Origin: a virus | Taxonomy: Duplodnaviria > Caudoviricetes | Strand: one strand, 5' to 3' | DNA: 64,000 bases | Virus record (IMG/VR): IMGVR_UViG_3300013105_000003 | Location: 61,232 to 125,231 of that record | Shown: positions 8,529 to 19,810 of the stretch, in pieces | Layout: each line of letters starts with the position of its first letter | Position numbering within the stretch: the stretch's first letter is position 1 | The notes under the pieces: generated by a model | The model's database searches: none | What the model was told of the DNA's origin: nothing | The model's input: the letters and a program-made list of their open reading frames with translations, nothing else | Made by a program: the position numbers and the translations under genes

Positions 8529-9394
8529 TGGCTGTTGAGACATACGTCCGGGAATCCAGTGGGTGGCGGTCGCTACGTACGGGGTCTCTACTGCTGCCAC
8601 CTATCCCAGGCGGGTCAGGCATTCTGCCAACCCTGAGCAACACGGGGCCAGACCAGTCTGTGTCACTGAGTGATTTCTTTGGAGATTACAGCATCACCGA
8701 CGCAGGTACCCGACTTTCCGGGCTGCATATCAGAGGTAGTCTTAATGTCAATGCAGCTGATGTTGCTGTCTCTGACTGTATTGTGGATGGGTCTATAAAT
8801 TTAAATCAAGATGGTAGTGTTGGTACTCCCCCAGCAGGACAAACATTTACACGCGTTAGAGCTTCTTCTGCGTATAATGCATATGGGTTCCAAGACCTGA
8901 CTTTCGACCTGTGTCAGTTCACTGCTGAGGGTTCTGGGGAGTACAACTCAACTGAAATGCAGATGCGCTCTTATACATCTAACCAGCCAGGTCAGACCGC
9001 TAAAAACTTGACTGTAAGAAATTCTTACTTTGGTGCTCCACCACACAACGTAACAGGTTCCCATCTACAAGCCATACACTTGATGGGTGTTCAAGGTGCT
9101 CTGATACAGAACAACAATATGGAATACATAGCGCCTGATTCAGACACCAAAGTTTGGGTTACTGCTGTACTTTACTGTGAAAACTATGACAGTGAGTGTC
9201 AAGACATTACGATAGACTCTAATCGTTTTCGAGGTGGTGGATACTACTGTTTGAACTTCCACGGCAGTAGGTATGTCATTACAGACAACGACATTGACCC
9301 AGACTACGCTGGTGGGTTTAAGTACCCATCCAGTGATCTAACGATTGCGCACCAGGCCGGAAATACCTGTGGCAGCACATCGGTCACTTTCTAA
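8528..9394 (+). CDS. Right-handed beta-helix protein (putative receptor-binding protein or depolymerase)
   Basis: PTLSNTGP start, repeated I..N.. beta-helix coils (TVRNSYF, LIQNNNM, ITIDSNRF, VITDNDI). Confidence 0.65.
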   Translation: MAVETYVRESSGWRSLRTGSLLLPPIPGGSGILPTLSNTGPDQSVSLSDFFGDYSITDAGTRLSGLHIRGSLNVNAADVAVSDCIVDGSINLNQDGSVGTPPAGQTFTRVRASSAYNAYGFQDLTFDLCQFTAEGSGEYNSTEMQMRSYTSNQPGQTAKNLTVRNSYFGAPPHNVTGSHLQAIHLMGVQGALIQNNNMEYIAPDSDTKVWVTAVLYCENYDSECQDITIDSNRFRGGGYYCLNFHGSRYVITDNDIDPDYAGGFKYPSSDLTIAHQAGNTCGSTSVTF

Positions 9395-9409
9395 GGAAGG
9401 AAAATAAAT

Positions 9410-10270
9410 ATGACTGCTGGAGATGTTGTTCAGTCTAAAGGCACCGTCACAGGGGCATCTACTGTGACTGTGCTCGCTATCACACTTGCCAGTTCTGTTA
9501 CACCTGGCAATACTGTAGTGGTTGCTATCGCTCCCACGACCCCGGTGACCTCGACACCCGCAGGGTTCTCACTTGTGAACACCGACAACAACGGTAACTA
9601 CCTTTACGCCTCAAGTTCAGCCTCCGGCAGCAGTTGGTCTTTTGGCTTCTCTGGTGGCGCTACTGTTGCAGCCATAGCTACAGAGTTTGTTGGGGCGGCA
9701 TCCTTTACTGCGTCCACTTACGCCACTTCCGGGTCGGCAGGAACAGCTGCCAATAGCTCGCCTGTGGCAGCATCAGCAGGTCAAGTCGCTCTGGCCTACG
9801 CTCTGTATGGCAGCACTTCGGCAGTGCCTGCGGTTTCGGCATGGGCCAATGGATTCACTCAAGTCACCCAATCTGTTGCTACCTCAGGAGGAGGCTTCAA
9901 CCTCAGAGCTGCACTAGCCACACGGACTTCCGCTGGTGGGCCTGAGAGCACTACAGCTACCTTCCCAAGCGCCGTTAACTGGACATTAGTGACTGCGGTT
10001 GCAAGCTTTGCTGTTCTTACCCCGTTGAGTACTCCAGTGGTCACATTGGGTAACACAGTGAACCCAACGTCGTCTTCTGCGTCTGACGGATCACAGGTTG
10101 TTACGTGGCCCGCTGTCGCTAACGCAACCAGCTACGAAGCTTGGTCTACCACTAAAGCTAATCCAGCACAGGGTGACTTCGTGTTGGTAGCCTCAGGCGT
10201 CACGTCTCCGTACCAATTTGTAAATTTGTCAAACGGAACCTATAGCTTCGGAATTAAGGCGAAGGCTTAA
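9410..10270 (+). CDS. Ala/Ser/Thr-rich virion protein with C-terminal Fn3-like domain
   Basis: VVQS..PGNTVVV beta-sandwich start; VTWPAVANATSYE...LSNGTYSFGIKA Fn3 pattern. Confidence 0.6.
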   Translation: MTAGDVVQSKGTVTGASTVTVLAITLASSVTPGNTVVVAIAPTTPVTSTPAGFSLVNTDNNGNYLYASSSASGSSWSFGFSGGATVAAIATEFVGAASFTASTYATSGSAGTAANSSPVAASAGQVALAYALYGSTSAVPAVSAWANGFTQVTQSVATSGGGFNLRAALATRTSAGGPESTTATFPSAVNWTLVTAVASFAVLTPLSTPVVTLGNTVNPTSSSASDGSQVVTWPAVANATSYEAWSTTKANPAQGDFVLVASGVTSPYQFVNLSNGTYSFGIKAKA

Positions 10271-10272
10271 GC

Positions 10273-10554
10273 GTGGCCGGGTACTTGGATTCATCTATAG
10301 GATATGTCAGTAAAAAAATTGGCTTATCAGGTTTTTCCGACTCGTCTATAGGCTATGCAACTAAAAAAATTGGCCTGCCCCTGTACTCTGACTCACCTAT
10401 AGGCTATGCAACTAAAAAAATTGGACTGCAGACGTATCGAGACTCCGAAATAGGTTTTAACACTAAGCAAGTTGGTGTTCCACAAGCCACCAGGTTTTTG
10501 TTTGTCTCAGGAGCTTGGATTCCCACCGAGACGACGATAGTTACTAGAGCCTGA
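10273..10554 (+). CDS. Small protein built of four 17-aa repeats (DS.IG...K..G)
   Basis: In-frame 51-bp tandem repeats at about 10289-10477. Confidence 0.65.
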   Translation: MAGYLDSSIGYVSKKIGLSGFSDSSIGYATKKIGLPLYSDSPIGYATKKIGLQTYRDSEIGFNTKQVGVPQATRFLFVSGAWIPTETTIVTRA

Positions 10555-10642
10555 TGGTTGGTAGGGCCAGCTACCCTTAGGATAAGCTATTTGCTTCCTC
10601 AGAACCTAATAACACTAGTACCAGAAGTGTTATAATAGAAGA

Positions 10643-11725
10643 ATGACGATAAACTCTCTTCTAGTAACTGACTTTCAGTCAATAAAGAAAGCCAAGGTTG
10701 ACTTTTCCTCCAAACCAAGCGGAGGGTCTGTCACTACTTTCGTTGGTCCTTCCTCTACTGGTAAGTCTGCACTTCTTAGAGCACTAAAGATGGTAATGAG
10801 AAATACCTCTTCTGCTCCTGTGAGAATCCAGGAAGCTGCTGCAAAGACTACTGTTACAGCTGACATTGATGGAACACCTGTAAGAATCGAACGAGGTAAG
10901 TCTCTCTCAACATATTTCATTGGTACTGAGAAGTACTCTAAGGCAGGTACGTCTGTACCTCAAGCTGTCCAAGATGTGCTAAAGTTAGATGATTCTCCTG
11001 TAGAATTGCATGTGGCTTTCCAGTTCGACAAGCCATACCTACTTGATGAGTCAGGTACTACAGTCTCTGCTATCATCGGTAAGCTAACTCACGCTAACAC
11101 TCTACGTCTAGCTGTCAAAGAAGGAAACCGAAGGTCACTAGAGTCTAGTAGATTACTGAAGACACGAATAACTGACCTAGAGAAAGCACGAGAGCAGTTA
11201 GTAGAGTATCAGTGGGTAGACCAATCTACTACAGAAGTTGCCGAAGCTAAGGAACTATTAACTTATTTCAAAAGTCTCACCAACAAAGTTGCTACTGTAG
11301 ATGTAGCTAGAACTACTACCAAGGCAAGTCAGCAGAAGTACCTACAAGCCTCTCAGAACGTCTCAGATCACCCAGACGTATCAGCGGAGCTAGAGAAGGC
11401 TACAGACCTCTTACAACGCTCTGTGAAGGCTTACTCGGTACTAACCATGATAGAGGACAAGAAGTTCTTTGCTAAGAAGTTGTTGGATAAGAAGCCTGTC
11501 ACGTTTGACAGCGCAGAACTTGATGTGATAGACTCGTACTACGACAAGATCGCCGCAGTAAAGAAGCTAGTGTCCGACACTAAGACTACCCTTAGTAAGT
11601 TCCAAGCACTTAAAACTCAGATTAATACCCTTAAGGAAGCCTCAGAGGATGCTCAGGAAGTTTATAATCTCACTCTACGGAGAGCAAATTACTGCCCAAC
11701 CTGTGGTAACAGCGTCTGTTCCTGA
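10643..11725 (+). CDS. sbcC: SbcC/Rad50-like ATPase, N-terminal half only (Walker A, coiled coil, zinc hook)
   Basis: DFQSI, VGPSSTGKSALLRAL, Q.DKPYLL; ends at CPTCG; TATAAT leaderless promoter. Confidence 0.8.
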   Translation: MTINSLLVTDFQSIKKAKVDFSSKPSGGSVTTFVGPSSTGKSALLRALKMVMRNTSSAPVRIQEAAAKTTVTADIDGTPVRIERGKSLSTYFIGTEKYSKAGTSVPQAVQDVLKLDDSPVELHVAFQFDKPYLLDESGTTVSAIIGKLTHANTLRLAVKEGNRRSLESSRLLKTRITDLEKAREQLVEYQWVDQSTTEVAEAKELLTYFKSLTNKVATVDVARTTTKASQQKYLQASQNVSDHPDVSAELEKATDLLQRSVKAYSVLTMIEDKKFFAKKLLDKKPVTFDSAELDVIDSYYDKIAAVKKLVSDTKTTLSKFQALKTQINTLKEASEDAQEVYNLTLRRANYCPTCGNSVCS

Positions 11726-12309
11726 GAAAGCTGACTACCTTATTGATCTTGGAGTTATTCTAACGTCAATCATCTTGAGCATCTTTATAGGGTGGGGAGT
11801 AGGGGTAGCTCTGCACAACACTTCTACTGTACTTACAGTAGATGCTCTACTCACAGTAGTTATTGGTACAGTCTCTTACTTTACTGCTTTTTATATTAAG
11901 GAAAAGATTTATGGTTAAGCTTCCCGAGGAAATTGGCAAGAGTCAGACTGCTAGTAGTTCCAAGCTTGTTCAAACTCTACAAGCTTACGAGAAGTTTCTG
12001 GTAGATGTTCACAGAGTGGCATTTATGACGTACAATCAAACCCCTGCTGAAGTTGAAGCAGGAGAATACGATATTGTGTATCTTTATGAGAGCATGGATG
12101 CAATTCGCTTAGCTGTGAGTGAGTTTGTTGAGACTTGGAATAACATCTGATGAAAGCAAACAACATGGAAATTGATGACGGAATGGTTGTGTCTCGTGCT
12201 AGATACAACTTTCTTAAGGCGGAAATTGAAAGCCTCAACATTTTAGTTGCTTCTCAGAAAGAGACCATTGAGTCACTTAATGAAGCTATCGACTCCTACA
12301 GTAAGATGA

Positions 12310-12897
12310 GTGAAAATGAGTGATGAAGAGCGTCAGAAGTGGTCTGACTACCTTACCCCAGAACAAACACCCACCTACGGGACGTACCAAGACCGAAAGC
12401 CAGAGTACGAACAAGTTTGGAGCACCCTCTACCTAGACTTAGGATTTAGAGAAGATTCCCTAGTCCTAGACTTAGGTGCTGGTTCATGTGATATGGACCG
12501 ATACATGCGTGAGGTGTCTACAGGATCATTCAAGTACCTCCCTGTAGATGGTGCTACATTTGGTAGAGACTTTAACTCACCAGACTTTTGGGACTGGGCA
12601 CACGAGACATTCCCCACAGTTGATTACGTAGTCTCTATTGAGACTATTGAGCATGTGTTTGATTACCGTCCATTCTTTGAATTCGTTGATAATAAGGCTC
12701 GTAGGGGTGCTGTAATAACTACACCAAACGGAGCAGCAGGCTTCGATGTTCAAGCCCAAGACCCCACTCATTACTCAGCTTTGACTGAGACAGTATTTAA
12801 TAGATTTGGTTACTCAGTAAGACAGGTTTCTTTCTGTGGCCGAAGTCAAGTAGCTGGTCAAGGTGACGCACTTATTGCATGGAAGAGTTTTGTATGA
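12310..12897 (+). CDS. Class I SAM-dependent methyltransferase
   Basis: VLDLGAGS motif I, DYVVSIETIEHV, ITTPN. Confidence 0.8.
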   Translation: MKMSDEERQKWSDYLTPEQTPTYGTYQDRKPEYEQVWSTLYLDLGFREDSLVLDLGAGSCDMDRYMREVSTGSFKYLPVDGATFGRDFNSPDFWDWAHETFPTVDYVVSIETIEHVFDYRPFFEFVDNKARRGAVITTPNGAAGFDVQAQDPTHYSALTETVFNRFGYSVRQVSFCGRSQVAGQGDALIAWKSFV

Positions 12898-13440
12898 CAA
12901 CTTATGAAGAGTACCTAGAACGATTTGCATACCTTATCACTAAGTTAGATGACGAGAATGCTGCCTGGCTTGTTATGAGTATTGAAGCAGATTCAGTAGT
13001 AACCCTCTCATTTATTAGTGATTTGATGTACGACAAGTTTGACAAGACAGCAGATCACCTATACACTATGTACACACTTTCTGGAGTAAGTTACGAGTCT
13101 GTAGAAAAGGCTGTGAAGTTTCTCAAGGATGAGTACACAGTACGTAATTTGCCTACCGGAGTAAGCTCTGATACCATGTTACACAAGAGTCAAGTAGTTG
13201 ACTACCTCAATAACCAATCAAAAGGATACGATCTTTAATGCTAACTGCAACACTTACAGATGCCACACCAGAACTAGACACTCTCTCTGTCTACAAGGAT
13301 AACCGAGCCGTAGACCGTATCAAGGTAGCACCTACGGGCAGTGCAGTTGACTACGAGAAGGCTCTCCGTGACGCTGGTTACCTTCCTGTTTCTTTTGATG
13401 GTGATTTCTGGACGGTAGAAGAAGTAGCTGCCTGAGTTAA

Positions 13441-13470
13441 TTGACACCACAGGTGACTAGGGTGTAGAGT
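13441..13470 (+). promoter_or_regulatory. SigA-type promoter
   Basis: TTGACA-N18-TAGAGT upstream of AAGGAG SD and 13504. Confidence 0.75.
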
Positions 13471-13503
13471 GGTGCTTACCAACAACGAAGAAGGAGCATC
13501 ACT

Positions 13504-13672
13504 ATGTCACACACTACGAAGACTCACAAGCGACCTTGCCGTAAGCACAAGTATCGGGATGAGATTGCAGCTAAGCTGGCTCTTGCCAAGATTGTTCGTC
13601 AAGATAAGGCATACCGTTCTAAGACCGAATGCCGTGCCTACAAGTGTCCCTCCTGCCATAAGTACCACTTGA
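13504..13672 (+). CDS. Small basic zinc-binding protein
   Basis: C.K..Y...A....RAYKCPSC..YHLT motif common in actinophages; the ORF track extends this frame to 13698. Confidence 0.6.
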
Positions 13673-14050
13673 CTAGTATGGAGAAGTACAGTGTCTGACG
13701 AGTATGTGTGGGTCGTCTACAGTAACTGTGATTGTGAAGAGTCTTACTGCTATGGTAAGGCTGATATTGAAGTATTTGTCTCTGAGCAGACTGCTAAGCA
13801 AGCTGCACAGAAGCGTTCCACCGAATATGGGAACTGCACAGGGCGTCCTGATATGCATATAGAGAAGGTCAAGATTTCTATAAAGGTTCGGAGTTACTAA
13901 TGTCTGAAGATATGAAGAACATGTACCTTGATTTTGAAAGCAGGGTCAAGGATCGTATTGTAGAGTTTTCTCGTAACTTTGGAGAGAACGCAGAGATTTA
14001 TATGGGTTATGAGCCTAAGGCCAGCGAAACAGGAGATGTAGGGTACGATT

Positions 14051-14638
14051 GTGAGTAATGACTTTAGTAAGTTCACTGAGGGTGACCTGGTAGTTCTACA
14101 CTTCCCAAACAGCCGTGATATTACAGATGAAGTAGTTTCTGCTACAGAAAACGAACTTAAGACTCTTAAATACACCGTTTACTCACATGACACCGTTAGC
14201 GTATCTAAGGTTATATGGGAAAACACCACACCAGTTAAAGACTTATCTACTTCCAGTGAGGTTCGTGAAACATCATCTACTGGTGGACAAAAAGGATCTA
14301 AGCTTGCAAAGTTCTCCTTGATCCCAGAGGATTCTCTGTGGCAACTTGCAGAGGCATATGGCATTAATCTAGAAAAGTACCCTAAGTCTGATATTGGACT
14401 AGAAAACTGGCGCTATGGGTATGAGTGGTCACTGTCTTATGATGCTGCTGAGCGCCACCTACGACAGTCTCTAGCTGGAGAGAAGTATGACCCAGATAAT
14501 GGCGTTAATCATCTCATTTCCTGTGCCTGGCATTGTCTAGCCCTAGTTCATTACATGGGACGAGAAGACTTGCAGCACTTTGACGACCGCCAGTCTACTA
14601 TTTTGAAGAAGTATTTGGAGAATAAAGAAAATGACTGA
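14051..14638 (+). CDS. dATP/dGTP diphosphohydrolase domain (DUF5664-like) protein
   Basis: GGQKGSKL.KFSLIP, EKY...NWR.GYEWS, A.RHL, GE.YDPD.G.NHL motifs. Confidence 0.8.
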   Translation: MSNDFSKFTEGDLVVLHFPNSRDITDEVVSATENELKTLKYTVYSHDTVSVSKVIWENTTPVKDLSTSSEVRETSSTGGQKGSKLAKFSLIPEDSLWQLAEAYGINLEKYPKSDIGLENWRYGYEWSLSYDAAERHLRQSLAGEKYDPDNGVNHLISCAWHCLALVHYMGREDLQHFDDRQSTILKKYLENKEND

Positions 14639-17503
14639 TTTCCAAAAAGGTGACGTAATTTGGGCATCTTGTGGTCCCTACTCAAGAGTAGGTGTGCTTA
14701 AGTCTGCTCCTTACTCTACCTTCCCCTATGCTCTTCTGGAAGATGGTTGGTGGTTTTACCCTCGTGACCTGACTCTTATTGGCGGACCACGCATGGAGTT
14801 TTTACCAGGAGATATAGTTGATATTTCTGAAGACGCTAAAGCTGGAATTGCTGCAAGGCTACCTAGTGCAGCTGCTGGAAAGCGAGAAACAGTAGAGAGC
14901 CTACTGTGTGGGGAAGAGGCTTTTTATATTACCACTACGGGGTGTGTGCCTGGAGAGTATCTTACTCTAGTTAAGCGTGATGGGTATATTGACCTTACTG
15001 ATCGTATTCCTACGTCAACACTAGGACAACGAGTAGAAGAATATACTGAAAAGGAAGAACCAATGGAAGTAGTATCGGATTCAGAGGACTTCCGGCAACA
15101 TGCTAGTGGAGAAACAGAAACACTAGGCACTTGGTCTGCTGTAGGAGACGATGATTCGCTAATTTATGTTGTGGAAGGTGGGCCAGCTTACCGAGTATGG
15201 ATTGATAAGCTGTAACTTAATATGTTTGGAACATACCCAAAACCTGTGAAGTATAAGAATCCGACAGTGCAGTACATGTGTGAGCACCTGGGACGTACTC
15301 TAGTGTCACTAATGCTTAATCTAAAAGATCCTCAGAAGGCTGTCCTATCAGAAGGTGACAGTGAGGCTCTACAGCTTATGTACGAGCTATACACATCTAG
15401 AGTAGAGGATTGTGGTCAAGGTATTGCAGTTATTCAATTCACTGCAATGGGAGGGTACGATATCTCAGTAGCTGAGAGCATCCGAGAAGGTGACTACGTG
15501 CAAGCTAGGCGTAGCTCTGAGTACTGGCGTGATGTAGAAAGTGGTCGCATAGATCCTATGGGCTGGTAGTTGACACTTAGAAGGAAGTAGGGTATAGTCT
15601 CTCTTATGAGCAAGCAACAGTGGCTGTGGGCCGAGACAGATTTCGTGGAGATTGACTACCCAACTAGGGAACATAATCCTCCTAAGTACCTGTGCTTTCT
15701 AGATGTTCGGCAGGCGTGGGTTGAGTTCGAGGAAGTCACCACTCCTGATGACTTTGACGAGTTTTACCTTAACCACGACGGAACTACGCTTGGTGTTGTC
15801 AAAGCTGTAAAGAAAGAGTTTGGTGTGACACTCAAGCCTCGTCCTGACCTTGGAACAATTGTATTTGAAATTATGGATGGTGTATGATAATGACTCTTAA
15901 CACAAGTGTTCTAATTCTTGATCCTACAGACCGTGATGAGCTATATGAGTTTGTCAATGGCCTACTAGTACTGTCTTCTGAGTTTGATAGTGACTTTGTT
16001 CCTGAAAAGTCTGTCACTGAGTTCGGTATAGGTAATCATCTAGGTCAAGGTCTGCCAGCTATTCTTGACATAGATGCTCATGCTGATGGAAAGACAATGA
16101 TTACTCCAGAGCACAGTGACTACTGTGAGGATGACTGTGAGCATTGGTCATGCACCACCTCTCGTTATGCTGAGATTAGTTTTGACACTGCATATGGGTA
16201 CAGGGGTCCAGCAGGAGAAAACTGCAATACTCTCCACATGTCTTACATTCTCAACATCGCAGAATGGGCCAAGGAGCGTAACCTACGGGTTATGTGGAGT
16301 AATGAGTACACAGGAGAGCTACACTCACCTGATGATACTGCAGCTATTGTAAAATTTCTTGGCTCTGGTGACGATGCTATGAAGTGGTTTAATGATACTG
16401 TAGCTAAGCTGTTTTCCGAAGGCACCTTGTGAATAATATTCTGTTTATTTGGCTTTTTTGTGGTATACTTTGCGCTTTCCTTGCATTTACGTTCTGGGTA
16501 CAGGGTAATTGCAAGACTGCTAGCCGATTTGCTCTATTGACACTATTTTTCCCTATTGCAGCTCCTGTAGGGTTGGTACTACTTACAAGATTTCTTCTCA
16601 AGAAAGCCTTTTAATTACTCAGTACATCTATGACACCTAAGTTTGCTCTGGGTTAGTCACAGAGGGTCGGCAGCAGGATTGGAAGCTTAGGCACATCAAC
16701 TGATGACCACTGGTGCTGCTTCTATCAAAGCGTGGCCGACACTTAAACTTCTCAAGAAAGCTTTTTAATGAATAAGATTTATGTTGTTACGCAGTACATC
16801 TACGATACTCAAGGCAAGGCAGTAGGCAGTGAGCCTGTAGTTGCTTATGGATCAGAAGATACTGCACTGGACTTTATGGACACCTTTGACTTGGGTGACG
16901 AAGTGGTAGAGGTTGAGTTTGCTTGGCCTTTGTACACTAAGTTTACAGAGTCTGCCAAGGTAGTATACTCAGGAAATGTAGATGCAGCTTCTACATTCCT
17001 AGAGGGGTTCCTTAATGGGAGTATTGGAAAGGTACCACACTCATGAGTAGTTTCACTAAGTATAAGTGGGCTAAGTGTCCTATTCCTAACTGTGGTGAAG
17101 ACCTAATTATGGTCCTATCTACACCTGTTTATGTAGACGATCGACCACTTACTAGTGTAGTAGATACCCTAGATTACTCAGAGTGGGAGACAGCATGTGC
17201 TAATGGGCATGTGGTAGATAGTGGCGGTCCTGAATGTGATGGAAGGTTACCACTACATGGATATCGTAATGCACAGTCTCTTGGAGGTCTACGTTGAAGA
17301 AGAGTAATAATAACCCTCCTAGGTACCTAACCTATCTATTTACCTTCCTGTTCTCTCTATTCTTAACAGCTGCAACTATCTTTGCATACACAGGAGTAAT
17401 CTTAAATAACTCCACACCGTGGGGAGGACTCTCCGCAACCTCAGGAGTCATGGCAGTACTCTCCGGTGCAGGTCTTATATTAGCAATTGACAACCATAAG
17501 TAA
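14631..17503 (+). other. Block of tightly packed hypothetical genes (14631..15215, 15222..15569, 15606..15887, 15884..16432, 16429..16614, 16768..17046, 17043..17297, 17294..17503)
   Basis: Abutting or overlapping start/stop codons; TTGACA-N17-TATAGT leaderless promoter at 15570-15598. Confidence 0.7.
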
Positions 17504-17516
17504 ATACAGACCAGTA

Positions 17517-17563
17517 AGCAACTCCACTACTTCATCCCAGCTGAGAAAAGTAGTGGAGTTGCT
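17517..17563 (+). terminator. Intrinsic terminator
   Basis: AGCAACTCCACTACTT...AAGTAGTGGAGTTGCT followed by T-rich tract. Confidence 0.75.
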
Positions 17564-17593
17564 TTCTTGGTGGTGGTGTGGTATTCTTAGTAC

Positions 17594-18163
17594 ATGATTC
17601 TTCTTACTTCTATCTTACTTACTCCAGTGTGGTGGCTGTTGTTGTATATCCTCCTGGGGCGACAAACTATCCCTAAGTCTATTAGTTACATGCAGGAAGT
17701 TGAGGTAGCTCAGGAAGTTCCTAAGGAGAAGCCTGAGTGGGCAATCAGAGAAGCTGAGGAATACCCTGATTCCTCTTTTCATCAGTTTACTAAGGAAGAA
17801 ACTGATGATGCCTTTAATCGGATGATTAGTAGCATTCGCAAAGAGACAGAACCTAAGGGAGAGTCTAGAGTTAGACAGCACTACGCTGAGAAGGATCAAT
17901 TGTCAGACAGTGACAGTTTCTACGCTTGGGGACAGTCAGAGCCTATTGCTACCGTTGAGAGTGGGTATGTTGTCGATGAGCAGCAGACTACTGAGAGAGA
18001 AAAGTTTATTGCAGCATGTAAGAAAGGGCTTCCATACATGTATGTTGATAATGAAACTATTTATTCCACTGATGGTTCTAGACTAATTGTGCGAAATACA
18101 AATGATTATATGAGATTCGCAGAAGAGATATCCGCAAGAAAGATTTATCGGAGAACTATTTAA
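17594..18163 (+). CDS. Membrane-anchored hypothetical protein
   Basis: N-terminal hydrophobic helix, acidic body. Confidence 0.65.
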   Translation: MILLTSILLTPVWWLLLYILLGRQTIPKSISYMQEVEVAQEVPKEKPEWAIREAEEYPDSSFHQFTKEETDDAFNRMISSIRKETEPKGESRVRQHYAEKDQLSDSDSFYAWGQSEPIATVESGYVVDEQQTTEREKFIAACKKGLPYMYVDNETIYSTDGSRLIVRNTNDYMRFAEEISARKIYRRTI

Positions 18164-19134
18164 TGTCACTTTTTTCAGTTGTCGGAGACGTTCATCTATC
18201 AGTCAAGCCACCCGGCCAACGTACTGAGACCTACCAGCAAGATATCCTTGACAAGCTACAGTTTATTGTAGACAAGAGTCTGGAGTTCAAGGTTGATGGT
18301 ATTATTTTTAACGGTGACTTGCTACATGTTAAGACTCCTTCTCGTACCTCCTTTGAGCTAGTCCAGGCTACTCACGAAATTCTAAAAGCTGTACCTTGTT
18401 ACTTCACCATTGGCAATCACGACATTCAGAACAATAGGCTAGACAGCTTGCCACAGCAGCCTCTAGGGGCGCTCACCCGCATGAACAACATGCACCTGAT
18501 GAACGGACCTGTAGGGGGTCTTCCTGTATACAGCATTCCTTACATGGTAGAGGATGACGCGGCCAAGAATCTTCCTAAGGTTTTCCGTAAGATCGAGACG
18601 TGGCGGAAGAAAAATAAGTATGATTCAGTGATTATTTCCTCACACCTAACCATCTTCCCTGTAGGACAGAAGCCACCATATGACTACATTGCTGCTGACG
18701 ACTATGCTAACCTTCTTGTCACTAAAGGATTTACTTACCTGCTAGCCAACGGCCATATTCATGACATTCAAGGGGAGTCATACCCACTCGATGGTTATAA
18801 GCATATAAAGTATGTAAATTATGGTAGTGTCTCTCGCGGATCTTTGACTAGTGAAAACTTGAAGAAACAGCCTGTTTTCTACACGTATGACACTGTTACA
18901 GAAGACCTACAGGTTTTTGATATCCCTGTCAAGCCTGCAGAGCAAGTATTTAAGTTGGATTCAGCTGGAGCAGTCAAGGAACGTAAAGCAAGTATGACAA
19001 ACTTCCTAGACAGTCTACAGAGTGATGCAGTGGAGGTCACGTCCGTATCTCAGGTGGTTGACAGTGCTCGCTCTAGTGGTGTAGAGTCATCAGTAGTTAA
19101 CCAAGTCGAGCAGTTACTGGAGTGGGTTGAATAA
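18163..19134 (+). CDS. sbcD: SbcD/Mre11-like metallophosphoesterase nuclease
   Basis: GDVH, GDLLH, GNHD, GHIHD and GSVSR motifs. Confidence 0.85.
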   Translation: MSLFSVVGDVHLSVKPPGQRTETYQQDILDKLQFIVDKSLEFKVDGIIFNGDLLHVKTPSRTSFELVQATHEILKAVPCYFTIGNHDIQNNRLDSLPQQPLGALTRMNNMHLMNGPVGGLPVYSIPYMVEDDAAKNLPKVFRKIETWRKKNKYDSVIISSHLTIFPVGQKPPYDYIAADDYANLLVTKGFTYLLANGHIHDIQGESYPLDGYKHIKYVNYGSVSRGSLTSENLKKQPVFYTYDTVTEDLQVFDIPVKPAEQVFKLDSAGAVKERKASMTNFLDSLQSDAVEVTSVSQVVDSARSSGVESSVVNQVEQLLEWVE

Positions 19135-19810
19135 AATGGATTTTAGTGAAGAACTTAATCACGTTCTCTATGAAGGTGGAAACTACATAGGAAGTGAATT
19201 TTTCTACAGTATTCCTAATGGTGGAGATTTTCTTAAGGTTACATCTTACGACGATGAGGGAAATGTCGATAAAGTTCGTACATTTTTGCTAGTAGAGGCG
19301 GAATAAAAATGCGATTTCTTGTTGAGCGAAAGAACGACACGTTTGATGATGTTGGAGCAGAAACTCTAACTCTCTCAAACAGTGGAGCCTTGTGGTTCCT
19401 AGACGCTGATGGACAGCTAATTATGGCATATAACTCAGACCAGTGGGTTACTGTTGTGCCGGAGAAAGAGTAATGGACGACGACTTTAATTATGTAGTAG
19501 ACGAAGAGACTTATAATGAACTTGTCCGCCTACTAGATGAAGAGCCTAGAGATTATCCTAAGTTTAAGAAACTAATGAATCGTACTGCTCCTTGGGAGGA
19601 AGACTAAGAAATAGTGGATGCTCATAAGCCTCAGATTAATGATTACGGAGGCTCACCTTTTGCAGAGCATGATGTAGTGTGTTATATCTGCCACGAAAAG
19701 AAGGCAGTCCTTGATCTAAACCGTGGTATATTTATCCCCTGCTGGAGCTGTCAAAAAGAGGGATGGGTAGTTATTAAGCGTAAGAAACACTTTTGGAGTA
19801 GGAACAAGTA

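Noticed and set aside
10289-10477. CRISPR-like 36-nt repeats with 15-nt spacers
   Set aside because: The 51-nt period is in frame within an ORF, variation is codon-like, spacers are too short, and no cas genes are nearby
14051-14638. Evidence for a 2-aminoadenine (Z) genome
   Set aside because: DUF5664-like genes are widespread, and no PurZ is visible in this window
16700-16742. Hammerhead ribozyme (CTGATGA present)
   Set aside because: No GAAA after the candidate stem II and no stem I/III arrangement
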